The notes under the pieces were generated by a model. It was given only the letters and a program-made list of their open reading frames with translations. It was not told the origin of the DNA and made no database searches. This document shows positions 38,033 through 51,593 of a stretch of 64,000 nt of DNA, piece by piece. A program made the position numbers and the translations under genes. The stretch comes from Chiloscyllium plagiosum (lineage: Eukaryota). The stretch is taken from assembly GCF_004010195.1 (NCBI RefSeq), contig NC_057720.1:15209911-15273910 (forward strand). The letters run 5' to 3'. Within the stretch, counting starts at the first letter, position 1. Every line of letters starts with the position of its first letter.

Positions 38033-38469
38033 CTAAATACATAAATTGCTGGAGAAATTCAGGTTTGGCAGCATCTGTGAATAGTTAATATTTCAGTTAA
38101 CAGTTAATATTTCAGATGCTCTGAAGAAGGGTCTTTGGATTGTTAATTCTATTTTCTCTTCACAGATTCTGCCAGCCCTGCTGAGTTTCTCCAGTCTCTG
38201 TTTTTATTTGTTTCTCACTTGCATAATTTCAACTCATTTTGTATCTCTTGTTTTCTTTCTCCACTATTAACAACGCCTTTTGCACTGGGCATCTACACCA
38301 TCTGCCCTCTTGGTCCTTCTCTTCCCTCTTTCAGTTCTGATGAAGTATCATGTTAGCCTTGAAATGTTAATTCTGTTCTCTCTCCAAAGATGCTTCTAGA
38401 CCTGCTTAGTCTCTCTAGCCTTTGATTTTTTTCACCAGTATGTTTCTAAATATTTCTTTAAATTGGTAC

Positions 38470-39660
38470 AGTAGGATACAGGAGCAAAATTAGGTCATTT
38501 GGCCCATCAGTTGTGGCTATTATGTTTCTCATCCAATTTTCCTGCGTTCTCCTTGTAACCTTTAATTCCTTTACTCCCCAGGAACTTATTTATCAGTCTT
38601 AAATATGCTCAGTGACATGGTTTCCACATCCTTCTGCAGCAGTGAGTTTCACATATTCACTCTGGCTGAAGAAATTCCTCCTCGTCTCAGTGATGGGGGG
38701 GGTCGTCTGTTCATTCTGATGCTGTGCCCTTGGGTCCAAGTGTGTCTGTAAGTGGAAGTATCTTCTCTATGTCCACTCTATCCAGGCCTCTCAGTGTTCT
38801 GTACATTTCAGTGAGATCCCTGTCATCCTTCTAAAGACCGAGAGTACAGACCCAGAGTTTTCAACAATTTCTAATATGACAAGCTCTTCATTCCTGGGAT
38901 CATTCTTCTAAACCTCCTTTGGACCCCCTCCAGTGCAAATGCATCTTTCCTTAGATATGGGGCCCAACGCTGCTCGCAGTTTTTCAAATGCAGTCTGACC
39001 AGAGCTTTATATAGCTTCAGCAGTGCATCTGTGCTCTTGTGTTCGAGCCCTCTTGGAAATGAACGCTAACATTGCATTTTCTTTCCTAACTGCTGACTGA
39101 ACCTGCATGTTAACCTTTAGAGAATCTTGAACGAGGACTCCTGAGTTCCTTTGTGTCTCAGATTTCTAAACCCCTTTCCCCATTTAGAAAATAGTCTATG
39201 CCTTCATTCTTCCTATGCCAAAGTGCATAACCTCCCACTTCCCACATTGTATTCCGTCTGCTACTTCTTTGTCCGCATTCCCAGTTAATCCAAGTCCTTC
39301 AACACTCTCCCCGCCTCCTCATCACTACCTTTCCCTCTACCTATCTTTGTGTTACTTGTAAACTTAGCAACAATGCCGTTTGTTCCTTCATCCGGATCAT
39401 CAGTGTATAACGTTCATGGTTGTGGTCCCAACACTGACCTCTGCAGAACTTCACTAGTCACTGGTTGCCATCCTGAAAATGACCCCTTTATCTCTAGTCA
39501 CTGCCTTCTGCTAGTCAGCCAATCCCCTGTCCATGCCAGTGTCTCGCCCCTAACACAATGGGCTCTAAGTTAGCAGCCTCCTGTGTGACGCCTTGTCAAA
39601 GACATTCTGGAAATCCAAATAGATCATGTCCATTAGCTCTCGTTTGTTTAACTGCCTCAG
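38470..39660 (-). mobile_element. Degenerate CR1 LINE fragment
   Basis: DMIYLDFQNVFDKASHRRLL and downstream RT/3' motifs. Confidence 0.8.
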
Positions 39661-40127
39661 ATCATTGCTGAAACTCTTTTCCATCCTTTTGATAACTCTT
39701 GATTTGATAACTTCATTACTGTCCTGACCTGCCGCCTTTTTTCCACACTCCATAAATGTGAACTTTCAAAACTACCTATTCTAAATCTCTCCAAGCCATG
39801 TTCATCTGTAACCACTGTATGTTGGTCTTTTGCTGCAGTGCTAGTATTGGTTTTAACTTTTGATTGTCATTGTTTCACCTTTGGCATTCATGTGCTTGGG
39901 TATATGAATAGGAAAGGTTTGGAGGGATATGGGCCGGGTGCTGGCAGGTGGGACTAACTAGATTGGGTTAGGATATCTGGTCGGCATGGACAGGTTGGAC
40001 CGAAGGGTCTGTTTCCATGCTGTACATTTCTATGACTTGAATTCTCTCCATAAGTGTTTGAACCATTTGGCAATCTGTGGCAAAATCTCCCTTAAATGAC
40101 TTTGATTCTGTTAAGCATCTTGAAATT

Positions 40128-40495
40128 GATTAGATTAGATTCCCTACAGTATGGAAACAGGCCCTTCGGCCCAAAAAGTCCACACTGATCCTCTGAAGTG
40201 TTACCCACCCAGACCCATTCCCCTACTCTATATTTACCCCTGACTAATGCACCAAACACTGTGGGCAGTTTAGCATGGCCAGTTCATCTAACCTGCACAT
40301 CTTTGGATTGTGGTAGGAAACCGGAGCATCCAGATGAAACCTGCATAGACATGAGGAGAATGTGCAAACTCCTCATAGACAGGTGCCCAAAGCTGGAATG
40401 TGTGAACTCCATACGGTTGCCTGAGGCAGGAATCAAACCCAGGTCGCTGTCGCTGAGAGGCAGCAGTGCTAGCCACTGAGCCACCGTGCCGCCCC
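40128..40495 (-). mobile_element. HE1-type SINE
   Basis: Homologous to 4833-5145; (ATTAG)n tail. Confidence 0.88.
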
Positions 40496-40962
40496 ATGTT
40501 AAAGGTACATTGAAATGCAGGTGGTTTACAGCCTGAGACTGAGAGGGTTTACCTGTGTAGTGTGCAGTTTTAACCAAGGTTTTCTGTGCAAATAGGGATA
40601 TCTGAATGAAGATCTAATGAGCATCGGATCAGTGGAAAGCATTGTAAGCGTGAAAATAATCAAGAAACTGCAGTGCCTTTTCTCAATTTTTAAATGAAGT
40701 AAATTATAGCTGAATGGTGGTAAATCAGCTTGTTGCCGAAATCTCAGCTTCTCGGAGGTTGATATTAAAAATTAAATAGGGTGTCGACAGCTACATTTGA
40801 TCTTTTCGTTCCTTAACAGTGCATCTCTAAAGTTGCTCTTCCTAGAGTCTCCCACTGCAATTTGAGTTAAAGTTATGCAGTTGCTTTGAGAATCTGTCAG
40901 GCATAAATGTGCGATCCCCTGCAAAATGGGACTCATTTTGAGTGGTTAGTGTCTCAATGGTG

Positions 40963-41655
40963 GTCATAGAGTCATAGAGATGTACAGCATGGAAACAGAT
41001 CCTTCGGTCCAACCCATCCATGCTGACCAGATATCCCAACCTAATCTAGTCCCACCTGCCAATATCCCTCCCCTGGCTTGTCTTTACCGCCCTTCTTAAA
41101 CAGTGGCACCACGTTTGCCAACCTCCAGTCTTCCGGCACCTCACCTGTGACTATCGATGATACAAATATCTCAGCAAGAGGCCCAGCAATCACTTCCCTA
41201 GCTTCCCACAGAGTTCTCGGGTACACCTGATCAGGTCCTGGGGATTTATCCACCTTTAACTGTTTCAAGACATCCAGCACTTCCTCCTCTGTAATCTGGA
41301 CATTTTGCAAGATGTCACCATCTATTTCCCTACAGTCTATATCTTCTATATCCTTTTCTACAATAAATACTGATGCAGAATATTCATTTAGTATCTCCCC
41401 CATTTTCTGCAGCTCCACACAAAGGCCGCCTTGCTGATCTTTGATGGGACCATATTCTCTCCCTAGTTACCCTTTTGTCCTTAATGTATTTGTAAAAACT
41501 TTTCGGATTCTCCTTAATTCTATTTGCCAAAGCTATCTCATATTCCCGTTTTGCCCTCCTGATTTCCCTCTTAAGTATACTCCTACTTTCTTTACTCTGG
41601 ATTAGTGGTGCTGGAAGAGCACAGCAGTCTTCTAAGGATTCACTCGATCTATCTT
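40963..41655 (-). mobile_element. Internally deleted CR1 (3' tail fused to mid-ORF2)
   Basis: Tail (TCATAGAG)2...CCCACCTGCC joined at about 41065 to KVDKSPGPDQVYPRTL/EDWRLANVVPLFKKG. Confidence 0.88.
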
Positions 41656-42560
41656 GGGAGAGAATGCTGCTGTTGGACTTTTTTTCTTGTCAGGAGATTT
41701 GGAGGATCATGTAAAGGCATCACTGTGCTACTTCGGCAGTGCTTTTAAGTGCTCACTATGGGTTTTTCAAGGCTCAGAAGCATTTAGGAGCACGTGGATT
41801 ACAGATGCCCAGAAAACCATCACTTTTATCTTGAGTTTGAGATTCTGATCTTACATCCCCAACCTTCCTACAATAACTGTACTTCAAAAGAAAAGCTGTT
41901 AATTTGTTGTGATGCATTTGGTAATTGTGAAATATGCTTTTCATATGTGCAAGTCTTTAATAATTTAGGTTGTCAGACATTGAACTGTTTTCATGCACAT
42001 TGTAATCATGTTTCCCACTCAGAATCAAAATACAATTGTGTCTCTTTGGAACAGTACTGAGGCTCCATCTAGTGATCATTGTGGGTGGTGCTTTCATTCA
42101 GTTTCATAATGAAACCCTGTTGTATACTAGTTATGTAATTTCATTTAAAATTACCTGGAAATAGATAAAGTAAACCTAGTTGTTCCACCTCCTTTGCAGC
42201 TGAATACTAAAATGATCGACTTCAGATCAGCAACTGCTCAATTGTTTTGATAACTTGTACTGTATCGTCTTCCCCCAATATATTGATTGTGAATGTAAAA
42301 TTTTTTTTATAAAAGCATGTGTATGCCTCTGAAAAGTGACAACTTAGCAACTAATAACAATTACTAGTTTAGGAGATGGTCAACATGAAGTTAACATCAT
42401 GAAAGTCTAATTAACAATTTCAGTAGGTACAAAAATCAGAAAATTCGGTCCACCCATGAGCACTTAGTTAGAAAACCCTTAGTGAGGCAGTACTTTTACC
42501 CACTGAAGAATTTAGTTCACCCGTGAATTGACTATTGGAATTTTTTTTATTGCTGCACAG

Positions 42561-42626
42561 GTGGATCAGAATGGATGAACAGTGGCAGCAGCAGCAGTTG
42601 GAGTACCAGGGACAACTGGAAATCAG
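42561..42626 (+). CDS. Candidate ZNF326 internal exon (66 nt, phase 1-1)
   Basis: T-rich tract + GCACAG| acceptor, CAG|GTGGGA donor; open in phase 1 (GGSEWMNSGSSSSWSTRDNWKS); lies in non-repetitive sequence between the CpG island and the homology-supported exons. Confidence 0.5.
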
Positions 42627-43040
42627 GTGGGAACTGAATGGCCGAGCAACACGAATTGAAGTATCATTGACCTGAAAATCAATCCGCTTTCTAAAGTCAC
42701 TTTTCATTTGTCACTGCTCTTTTGAGTGATGCAACATGTATCTAATGTTTACTGTTCATGAAAAGATGTTGGGAATCTATAATATGTGAATTTATACAAT
42801 GTATGTTATTAGCATTTGAAGCTGTCTTGCCTAAATATGCATTTAATATGCCACATGCTTAGGCACTATATTGCTTGTACTCCAGTCTCTACCCTGATGG
42901 CACTTTACCATAATTTAAGTCCCTGTAATCTGAAAGTATTACTTTAGCTGTTTCAATCCATTTTGTAGCATTTACCAGGTAAAGCGGAGACTCGGGGCAA
43001 ATTTACTTCTGTAGGTTTCTTTAAATTTAGCATTTTCCAG

Positions 43041-43061
43041 TTGAGGTGCTGGGTACATATG
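43041..43061 (+). CDS. Candidate 21-nt microexon of ZNF326 (phase 1-1)
   Basis: TTTTCCAG| acceptor and ATG|GTAAGT donor; frame-preserving, encodes (V)EVLGTY(G), which resembles the GSYG repeats of the ZNF326 N-terminus. Confidence 0.3.
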
Positions 43062-43510
43062 GTAAGTGGCCTTTTATGTGCCAGAATTGTTGCTCATCCT
43101 TCACATGCTTGCAAGGTACTTTCATGCCACAGAGCTTTAAGGATTCATAAACCATTTTAGGACTAATAATTTCACGGAGAGAATTCTAAATAGTTTTCTT
43201 TTTATTTATAAAGCTAACAGTTTACACTGATATGCATGAATGTTTGTAGCTGTATCTTTTCAAAATCTGGCACAGTAGTGCAAACTGGTTTCGAATGTGC
43301 TGGAAATCGAGATACGTTAGTTGTTTGCTCTACAAAGCAATCGCAAAGTTCCACTTTTGATTCAATATCAGCATTAAACCGCTCAATGGAAAATCTGCTA
43401 TTGAGGTTGATTGTAGAGTAGTGATAATGTAGTCAAATTACAGGTTGAATCGTGTAGCATAGTTTATGTGTTGCATGATGAAGGCTGAGGTGCTTTTCTG
43501 TTATACTTTG

Positions 43511-43747
43511 ATTAGATTAGATTACATTACATTACANNNNNNNNNNNNNNNNNNNNNNNNNNNNNNNNNNNNNNNNNNNNNNNNNNNNNNNNNNNNNNNN
43601 NNNNNNNNNNNAGCACCCGGAGGAAACCCACGCAGACACGGGGAGAATGTGCAAACTCCACACAGTCAGTCGCCTGAGGCGGGAATTGAACCCCGGTCTC
43701 AGGTGCTGTGAGGCAGCAGTGCTAACCACTGTGCCACTGTGCCGCCC
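43511..43747 (-). mobile_element. HE1-type SINE (gap inside)
   Basis: GCAGCAGTGCTAACCACTGTGCCACTGTGCCGCCC head; ATTAG/ATTAC tail. Confidence 0.85.
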
Positions 43748-44379
43748 ACTTTGCTTGCAGTTTACACAGTTTGTTAAATGTGAATTTATTGCAAAACTTG
43801 ATCTGAAAGGTGTCACTGAAATCACAAAGCATTCAAGTTTGTATACATTATCACTCAGAGCTCCTTTATCAGTTCATTTCTGGAAAATTGTGAAAGGCAA
43901 TCTGAAGGTTATTAGCGAGAATAAATTTCAGCTTGCCCTAAAAAGTTCAATTACTTTATTATATTGATAATGGATATACAACTTAAACACAAGATTAAAC
44001 AAGCAAGGAAAGCAATAAGTTTTAGCTGGCAGCTGCATACAAAATGTCTTTGTGGATGGTTTTTCAAACAACGTTTGAATAATGGGCTGGTGAAAAATCC
44101 AATCTAAATGTACAACATAGTTAAATATCAAATTGGAGTTTGAGCACATCTTGTAGCAGAAGGCTGAAAAATGAATTTAATATCTTGAAATTTCCCTGGG
44201 ATTTCTCTATATTATCATATCTTGTGAAGAGGTGAAACTTTTGAAGTTTGTCCTGAAGTATTGATTCCTTATTTTCTGACTGCACGAGTCTCTGCCTTAA
44301 TTACACATCTTCCAATTGAAAAACATAGTATCTGTAAATCCCTGATTACCTACTTAGCAAATAAATTTCCTGAAATGGC

Positions 44380-47280
44380 AAAAGATATGGAAGATATAGA
44401 CTGTAGGGAAATAGATGGTGACATTTTGCAATATGTCCAGATTACAGAGGAGGAAGTGCTGAATGTCTTGAAACAGTTAAAAGTGGATAAATCCCCAGGA
44501 TCTGATCAGGTGTACCCGAGAACTCTGTGGAAAGCTAGAGAAGTGATTGCTAGGCCTCTTGTTGAGATATTTGTGTCATCGATAGNNNNNNNNNNNNNNN
44601 NNNNNNNNNNNNNNNNNNNNNNNNNNNNNNNNNNNNNNNNNNNNNNNNNNNNNNNNNNNNNNNNNNNNNNNNNNNNNNNNNNNNNNNNNNNNNNNNNNNN
44701 NNNNNNNNNNNNNNNNNNNNNNNNNNNNNNNNNNNNNNNNNNNNNNNNNNNNNNNNNNNNNNNNNNNNNNNNNNNNNNNNNNNNNNNNNNNNNNNNNNNN
44801 NNNNNNNNNNNNNNNNNNNNNNNNNNNNNNNNNNNNNNNNNNNNNNNNNNNNNNNNNNNNNNNNNNNNNNNNNNNNNNNNNNNNNNNNNNNNNNNNNNNN
44901 NNNNNNNNNNNNNNNNNNNNNNNNNNNNNNNNNNNNNNNNNNNNNNNNNNNNNNNNNNNNNNNNNNNNNNNNNNNNNNNNNNNNNNNNNNNNNNNNNNNN
45001 NNNNNNNNNNNNNNNNNNNNNNNNNNNNNNNNNNNNNNNNNNNNNNNNNNNNNNNNNNNNNNNNNNNNNNNNNNNNNNNNNNNNNNNNNNNNNNNNNNNN
45101 NNNNNNNNNNNNNNNNNNNNNNNNNNNNNNNNNNNNNNNNNNNNNNNNNNNNNNNNNNNNNNNNNNNNNNNNNNNNNNNNNNNNNNNNNNNNNNNNNNNN
45201 NNNNNNNNNNNNNNNNNNNNNNNNNNNNNNNNNNNNNNNNNNNNNNNNNNNNNNNNNNNNNNNNNNNNNNNNNNNNNNNNNNNNNNNNNNNNNNNNNNNN
45301 NNNNNNNNNNNNNNNNNNNNNNNNNNNNNNNNNNNNNNNNNNNNNNNNNNNNNNNNNNNNNNNNNNNNNNNNNNNNNNNNNNNNNNNNNNNNNNNNNNNN
45401 NNNNNNNNNNNNNNNNNNNNNNNNNNNNNNNNNNNNNNNNNNNNNNNNNNNNNNNNNNNNNNNNNNNNNNNNNNNNNNNNNNNNNNNNNNNNNNNNNNNN
45501 NNNNNNNNNNNNNNNNNNNNNNNNNNNNNNNNNNNNNNNNNNNNNNNNNNNNNNNNNNNNNNNNNNNAAAGAGACCTATGGGGCAGCTTTTTCACGCAGA
45601 GGGTGGTACATGTATGGAATGAGCTGCCAGAGGATGTGGTGGAGACTGGGACAATTGCAACATTTAAGAGGCAATTGGATGGGTATATGAATAGGAAGGG
45701 TTTGGAGGGATATGGGTCTGGTGCTGACAGGTGGGATTAGATTGGGTTGGGATATCTGGTCGGCATGGACAGGTTGGACCGAAGGGTCTGTTTCCATGCT
45801 TTACATCTCTATGACTCTTAAGTTGTTGGAGGGAATCCTAAGGGACAGGATTTACATGTATTTGGAAAGGCAAGGACTGATTAGGGATAGTCAGCATGGC
45901 TTTGTAGGTGGGAATTCATGTCTCTCAAACTTGATTGAGTTTTTTGAAGAAGTAACAAAAAGGATTGGCGAGGGCAGAGCAGTGGACGTAATCTATATGG
46001 ACTTCAGCAAGGTGTTTGACAAGGTTCCTCATGGGAGACTGGTTAGCAAGAAATACAGGGAAAACTAACCATTTGGATGCAAAACTGGCTCGAAAGAAGA
46101 CAGAGGGTGGTGGTGGAGGGTTGCCTATCAGACTGGAGGCCTGTGACCAGTAGAGTGCCACGAGGATCAGTGTAGGGTCCACTGCTTTTCTTCATTTATA
46201 TGAATGATTTGGAGATAAACATAGGAGGTATAATTGTTTAGTTTGCAGATGACACAAACATTGGAGATATAATGGACTGCGAAGAAGATTACCTCAGAGT
46301 ACAATGGGATCTTGATCAGATAGGCCAGTGGACTGAGGAGTGGCTGATGGAGTTTAATTTAGATAAATGCGAGGAGCTGGATTTTGGAAAAGCAAATCAG
46401 AACAGGACTTTACACTTAATGCTAAGGTCCTGGGGAGTGTTGCTGAACAAAGAGACCTTGGAGTGCAGGTTCATAGATCCTTGAAAGTAGAGTCACAGGT
46501 AGATAGGATAGTGAAGGAGGTGTTTGGTATGTTTTCCGGTATTGGTCAGAGCATTGAGGATAAGAGTTGGGAGGTCATGTTGCGGCTGTACAGGTTAGGC
46601 CACTTTTGGAATATTGCGTGCATTTCTGGTCTCCCTTCTATAGGAATGATGTTGTGAAACTTGGAAGGGTTCAGAAAAGATTTACAAGGATGTTGCTAGG
46701 GTTGGAGAGTTTGAGCTACAGGAAGAGACTGATTAGATTGGGGCTGTTGTCCCTGGAATGTCGGAGGTTGAGGGGTGACCTTATAGAGGTTTATAAAATC
46801 ATGAGGGGCATGGACAGGATAAACTGTCAAGGTAATTTCCCTGGGGTTGTGGAGTCCAGAACTAGAGGGCATTGTTTTGGGTGCGGAGGGAAAGATATAA
46901 AAGGGACATCAGAGGCAACTTTTTTCACACAGAGGGTGGTGCGTGTATGGAATGAGCTCCCGGAGGAAGTGGTGGAGGCTGGTCCAATTACAACATTTAA
47001 AAGACATTTGGATGGTTATGTGAATAGGAAGGGTTTAGAGGTATCTGGGCCACGTGCTGGCAAATGGGACTAGATTAGGTTAGGATATCTTGTTGGCTTA
47101 GGTAAAAACAATGACTGCAGATGCTGGAAACCAGATTCTGGATCAGTGGTGCTGGAAGAGCACAGCAATTCAGGCAGCATCGAGGAGCTTCAGCAAAATA
47201 GACGTTTCGGGCAAAAGCCCTTCATCAGGAATAGATGAGTTGGACTGGCTGGTCTGTTTCCGTGCTGTACATCACTATGG
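44380..47280 (+). mobile_element. Two tandem CR1 pieces (44380-45818 with gap; 45820-47280)
   Basis: ORF2 motifs; first 3' tail ends TCTATGACTCT at about 45818, directly followed by KLLEGILRDRIY of a second copy. Confidence 0.9.
47100..47232 (-). mobile_element. Family-A single-arm Penelope mini-element inserted in a CR1 3' tail
   Basis: Reverse complement of the sequence at about 33500-33618 plus a hammerhead core; CR1 tail sequence resumes after 47233. Confidence 0.8.
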
Positions 47281-47427
47281 ATCTGTGAGTAATAGCTTAA
47301 GCGGCAACTTGTGTTTAAGTTAGTTGAGTACAATCATTTGCGACTGCTTGAGCTGGTGAATTTTTAATAAATTCAAAAGGTCTTGTTCTTATTGCTTCAG
47401 GGTTTTGAAAGTTTTGAAAAATATTCA

Positions 47428-47614
47428 TGATTTGGAGATGTCGGTGTTGGACTGGGGTGTACAAAGTTAAAAATCACACAACACCAGGTTATAGTCCAAC
47501 AGGTTTAATTGGAAGCTCACTAGCTTACACCTGATGAAGGAGCGTCGCTCCGAAAGCTAGTGTGCTTCCAGTTAAACCTGTTGGACTATAACCTGGTGTT
47601 ATGTGATTTTTAAC
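47428..47614. mobile_element. Family-B fold-back mini-element
   Basis: Inverted arms; 15-bp TSD TTTGAAAAATATTCA at 47413-47427 and 47615-47629. Confidence 0.9.
47527..47563 (+). ncRNA. Minimal hammerhead ribozyme motif (family B)
   Basis: ACAC-CTGATGA-A-GGAGC-GTC-GCTCC-GAAAG-CTA-GTGT. Confidence 0.78.
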
Positions 47615-49049
47615 TTTGAAAAATATTCACCATGGAGGATATTGATATGAAGGCATAAATTTCAATTGCAATAAGCTTGACTCAAGAAATGCATTCATTA
47701 AGTGAAGACATGAATGACTCGAGAATGGACAGTTGGGGCAGCAAAGATGGCCTCAGATTGAATAGAAAATCATGAGCTGTGATCCATGAAATTAGGATCA
47801 CCTTCGTTTGAGACGACAGAGCAATTGGATAAAATTGCAGATTTTGAAAAGTTTGAAATAAAATTGAAAAAATTGTGCTGGGGATTCTCAGCAAGTCAGA
47901 CAGATGCTTTAGAAGGGTTAATTTCTTTTTTTTCATCTAGTTTGCAGAGAAGTCTGCTATTGCAGAACATATTTTTCAAAATATTAGCGACTTGAATGCA
48001 ATGCTGGTTTTAATTCCTGCTCATAATGATGTTCATATTTTGAAAACTGTTGGTTCTGTTATGTAAATCAAGGGCAAATCTTCAGGGCAATTTGTAATAG
48101 GAAACCTCCACAACCCATGAAATAGTTTTGAAATATTTTAAATATGATCTTGTTTAGTCAGTTGCCTGTGTATTACCTGTACCTTTTTATATTTAATAAG
48201 ATATATATTTTTGGTGTTTGTGTAAGAGTTCTAACATTGCTTTCCCAACCAAGACGTTGGAATTTTGATTAGTTCATTGAAAAGCATCATTGCTGTGTTA
48301 GCTAATAAAAATACGGTCATTTAGAATTACATTTTGTGATGTCAAGAAGGTCTCCAGAATTTGTTTTTAATATTGGTGCCACACGTATGAACTTTGTTTC
48401 ACTTGAGCAGTTAAACTTTAAATATCTAAAATACTGCTACTTGCTGCATAATTAATTCACATGCTTTTTCAAAATAGGGAATTTCTATATGCAATATGAT
48501 CTTACCAAGGGCTGGAATAGGAATACAGCAAAAAGCTGCCACTAACGTGAGGGGAGTGCAAGATGAATTTCCTGAGTGTGAAAATCAGGTGGCAGTATTG
48601 GTCAGATATCTCAAACTTTTCAGGTGTCATTATAGTTCCTTTTCTCATTTGCCTCTTCTTTGCAAGTGAGTGTAAAGATTGTACGTTCGCAAACCTCCCA
48701 CATTGACAGCAGAGTTTCAACCAATTCAATGAAGAACAAGTTTTGAATCTGGGGTCATGGCTTGCTTTGCACTTATCCTCAGTCTGAGCAGGATGGGATT
48801 TAATTTGAATGAACTGAATTAGTACAAAGACAATGAAGATGAGAACTGTTCACAGCTTTAATCTAGCTCTGTCAGGTCTTAAATGCATTTAGTATAGTTT
48901 TTGTCTCCTTTTAAAACATGATAGCCAATTCAACCCTTTATTTTTGAATGCCTCAAATGATGGTCTGATAAATACTTCTAGTCAGTTGTTCTGTGGAAAT
49001 ATTTAATGCGCTCTCAACTGAAAATATTAACTTTTTGTTTTAATTAAAG

Positions 49050-49134
49050 GTATGGGGATGAGTGGTGACTATGAACGTAGTTCTTATGGGACCTCCAGAT
49101 CTTTCCTGGAATCTTACCCAAGTAGGACTGAGAG
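49050..49134 (+). CDS. ZNF326: ZNF326 exon (GMGMSGDYERSSYGTSRSFLESYPSRTER)
   Basis: T-rich tract + AAAG| acceptor, AG|GTAGGT donor; phase 1 to 2, joins in frame to RFGPYES; resembles GMDRDYGHGSYGGQRS of mammalian ZNF326. Confidence 0.75.
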
Positions 49135-51593
49135 GTAGGTGAAGCAATCTTAATCATTTATTACTGCCTGTCTTTCGAGTCATGCTGAACATTTTAAATT
49201 CAAAGATAAAAATGTATTGAAGTAATTACAAATTTCAATTCAATGCTGCAGCTCAGCTAAGCTTGTGTTGACCAACCAGGTTGTCTTCAAAAATTCATAA
49301 AGGCAGCATTATTTCATTTCCAGGACAGATTATGATGGATTGCTTTATTTCATAGCAATTTATTAGGATCAATAGAAGCTGCTAATTAGACCTTTGACAT
49401 CTTAGTCTAAAAGAAGTGGGCATGATTTCATTACTTAACTGACTTATTGGACTTTAGAGTGATTGCTTTCTTTCGATTAAATCCCATCAGAAGCAGGTCA
49501 TTGATCACCAAAGCTAGCACTACCAAAATTCATCTTAAAATGAAAGAGTTTTGTGTTTGTAGAGTGATATTCAACAATGTGGGTAGGTAGTGCTGAGAGG
49601 CAGCTTAACAATTATGATAAATTTCAAGGTATCTAAACTGTGCAGACTGCAAACGAGATAAAATGTTTGCAGTTAATTAAGAGAAATGATATAACATTTA
49701 CAGACATAATGGGTTATTGTCATAAAATGCTTATTCTCCATGGATAACATTAATACGGTAGCAGTTCTGAGCATATTAGATGTTAAGTGGATTCTTTTAA
49801 AGATGGTAAATCTTGTTTGCTGTGGTTTTATTTTTTTAAAAGAAGTGTCACTAATATGTTTATCAGATTGTTGAAAAAGCTTTTATTACTTACCATTCAT
49901 GTTTCTCACCTAATGAGCACAAAATCTACCAAAAAAGCTTTAATAGGAAAATTAAAAGGACCACGTGAAAGTGTTTTTCTCATTGAATTTGTGATGCTTA
50001 ATGGAAATTTAAAAACCTTAAATACAGTGGCGTTGGGGAGATGTTAAAAGCACAATGAAATGACTATTTTTGAACACCAAACAATGCACTTATTTCCTGC
50101 TGGCTATTTACATGTTCAGCCGGCTTTTTTTTGGTACAAAGCCGCAGCACGTAATTAATCTGAGAAAAACAGCAGTGATTAAAATCCATCTCTCTCCCGC
50201 CCCCGCTCCCACCAAGTCTCTCAACTCCTGTTTTGAACTACAGCTCCATTATCCATTTTTAATGGTAGGTGTAAGCTATACAGAGTGGTGGTCGTTTGAG
50301 AAGGTCACCTTATTATGAGCTTTTGGGGGTGGGCAATTAAGTTTGAACTTTCAAGAAGTCCTCATCCTGTGAATGAATGGCCCAATTAGAAAATTTGAAA
50401 ATTGAGATGTAAACCCATACTCTTTAAGGTTGTCTCCTGGCACTGTAGGGTGACTGGAGAGAGTTTGATACACCATATCTGTCCCCATGTTTCATAGTCA
50501 GTTCAAACAAACTTAAACGAACTGGCTACTGTAGCCTGTAGTATTTGTAGTTTATGTAGGATCTATGTGATCATTCTGTAAGCTTATATATGAAGGCATT
50601 TTTTGTTATTAATGCTGTATCTCTCAGTTCAAAACAACACTTCATAGACTTATAATTCAAATTGGTATGAAACCAGTGGCAAAGCAGGCTTCTCGGTACA
50701 TGAGTATGCCTCTGATTATTCAAAATATATTGTATCTGCAATAAAGTTGTAAAGATTACGACCTCAATCTGACCTGTAATATCTGGCATTGTATTTCTGA
50801 AAGATATGACAATATACCCACCGCAATAAGCGTCTTGATGATTTCAGAGACTACAAAGACTATACCAATGATAATCCTGCTCAAAAACAGGATTATCCAG
50901 TTTGAAAAAGCAGTTGGAAAACTCCATACTAAATAGCTGTCAATATTAAAACTAATTGGATTAATATAACTATTGCATAAACTCGTGCTCTGGACTTGTT
51001 CAAAGTTGTGACTTGAAAGAAATAATTTTATTAATGACTTAATGTAAAGAATTCAAACAGAATTCTAAAGATTAGTTGCTTATGATTCTTGCTGGCTCTG
51101 AATATGCTTTCATATTCTAGGTAGGTTTATCATTTAAGTGAAATACTTAATTTATTTCTGTAAATAAGTTTTCATGCTCTCAAAAAACAGGAAAAGTAGC
51201 AACCTCTGTTAAATGGTTTACATTTAATACTGACTACAGTAAATGTATATTGACTGATGGTTTTAATGCAAAAATAACTTAATGGAGGAAAAATGTTACA
51301 TAAGAGTTGTTGGAAATCTTAGATCTGATCAGCATGTCTTTTCAATTGTGAGTAAGTCTCCTTAAAATCATTGTCAAGTACAATCTTTTGTTGAGTTTGA
51401 AAACTTATTTTCATAGCACATTTAACTATGTTAATACTGTATATACTTTATACAAACGTCAGCAAAAATATATACCTACGAAAAAGGGAATGAGTATTTG
51501 AACCCTTTTTAGCAGGTAAACAGTGTTTTGTTCTGGTTTTTATTGTATGTCACTGGTAACTTTACCGGTTTCCTTACTGTGCAATTTTTCCAG

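Noticed and set aside
8891..45622. Long ORFs containing X runs (8891, 29750, 34019, 44261 etc.)
   Set aside because: Artefacts of N gaps within CR1 copies and the tandem array.
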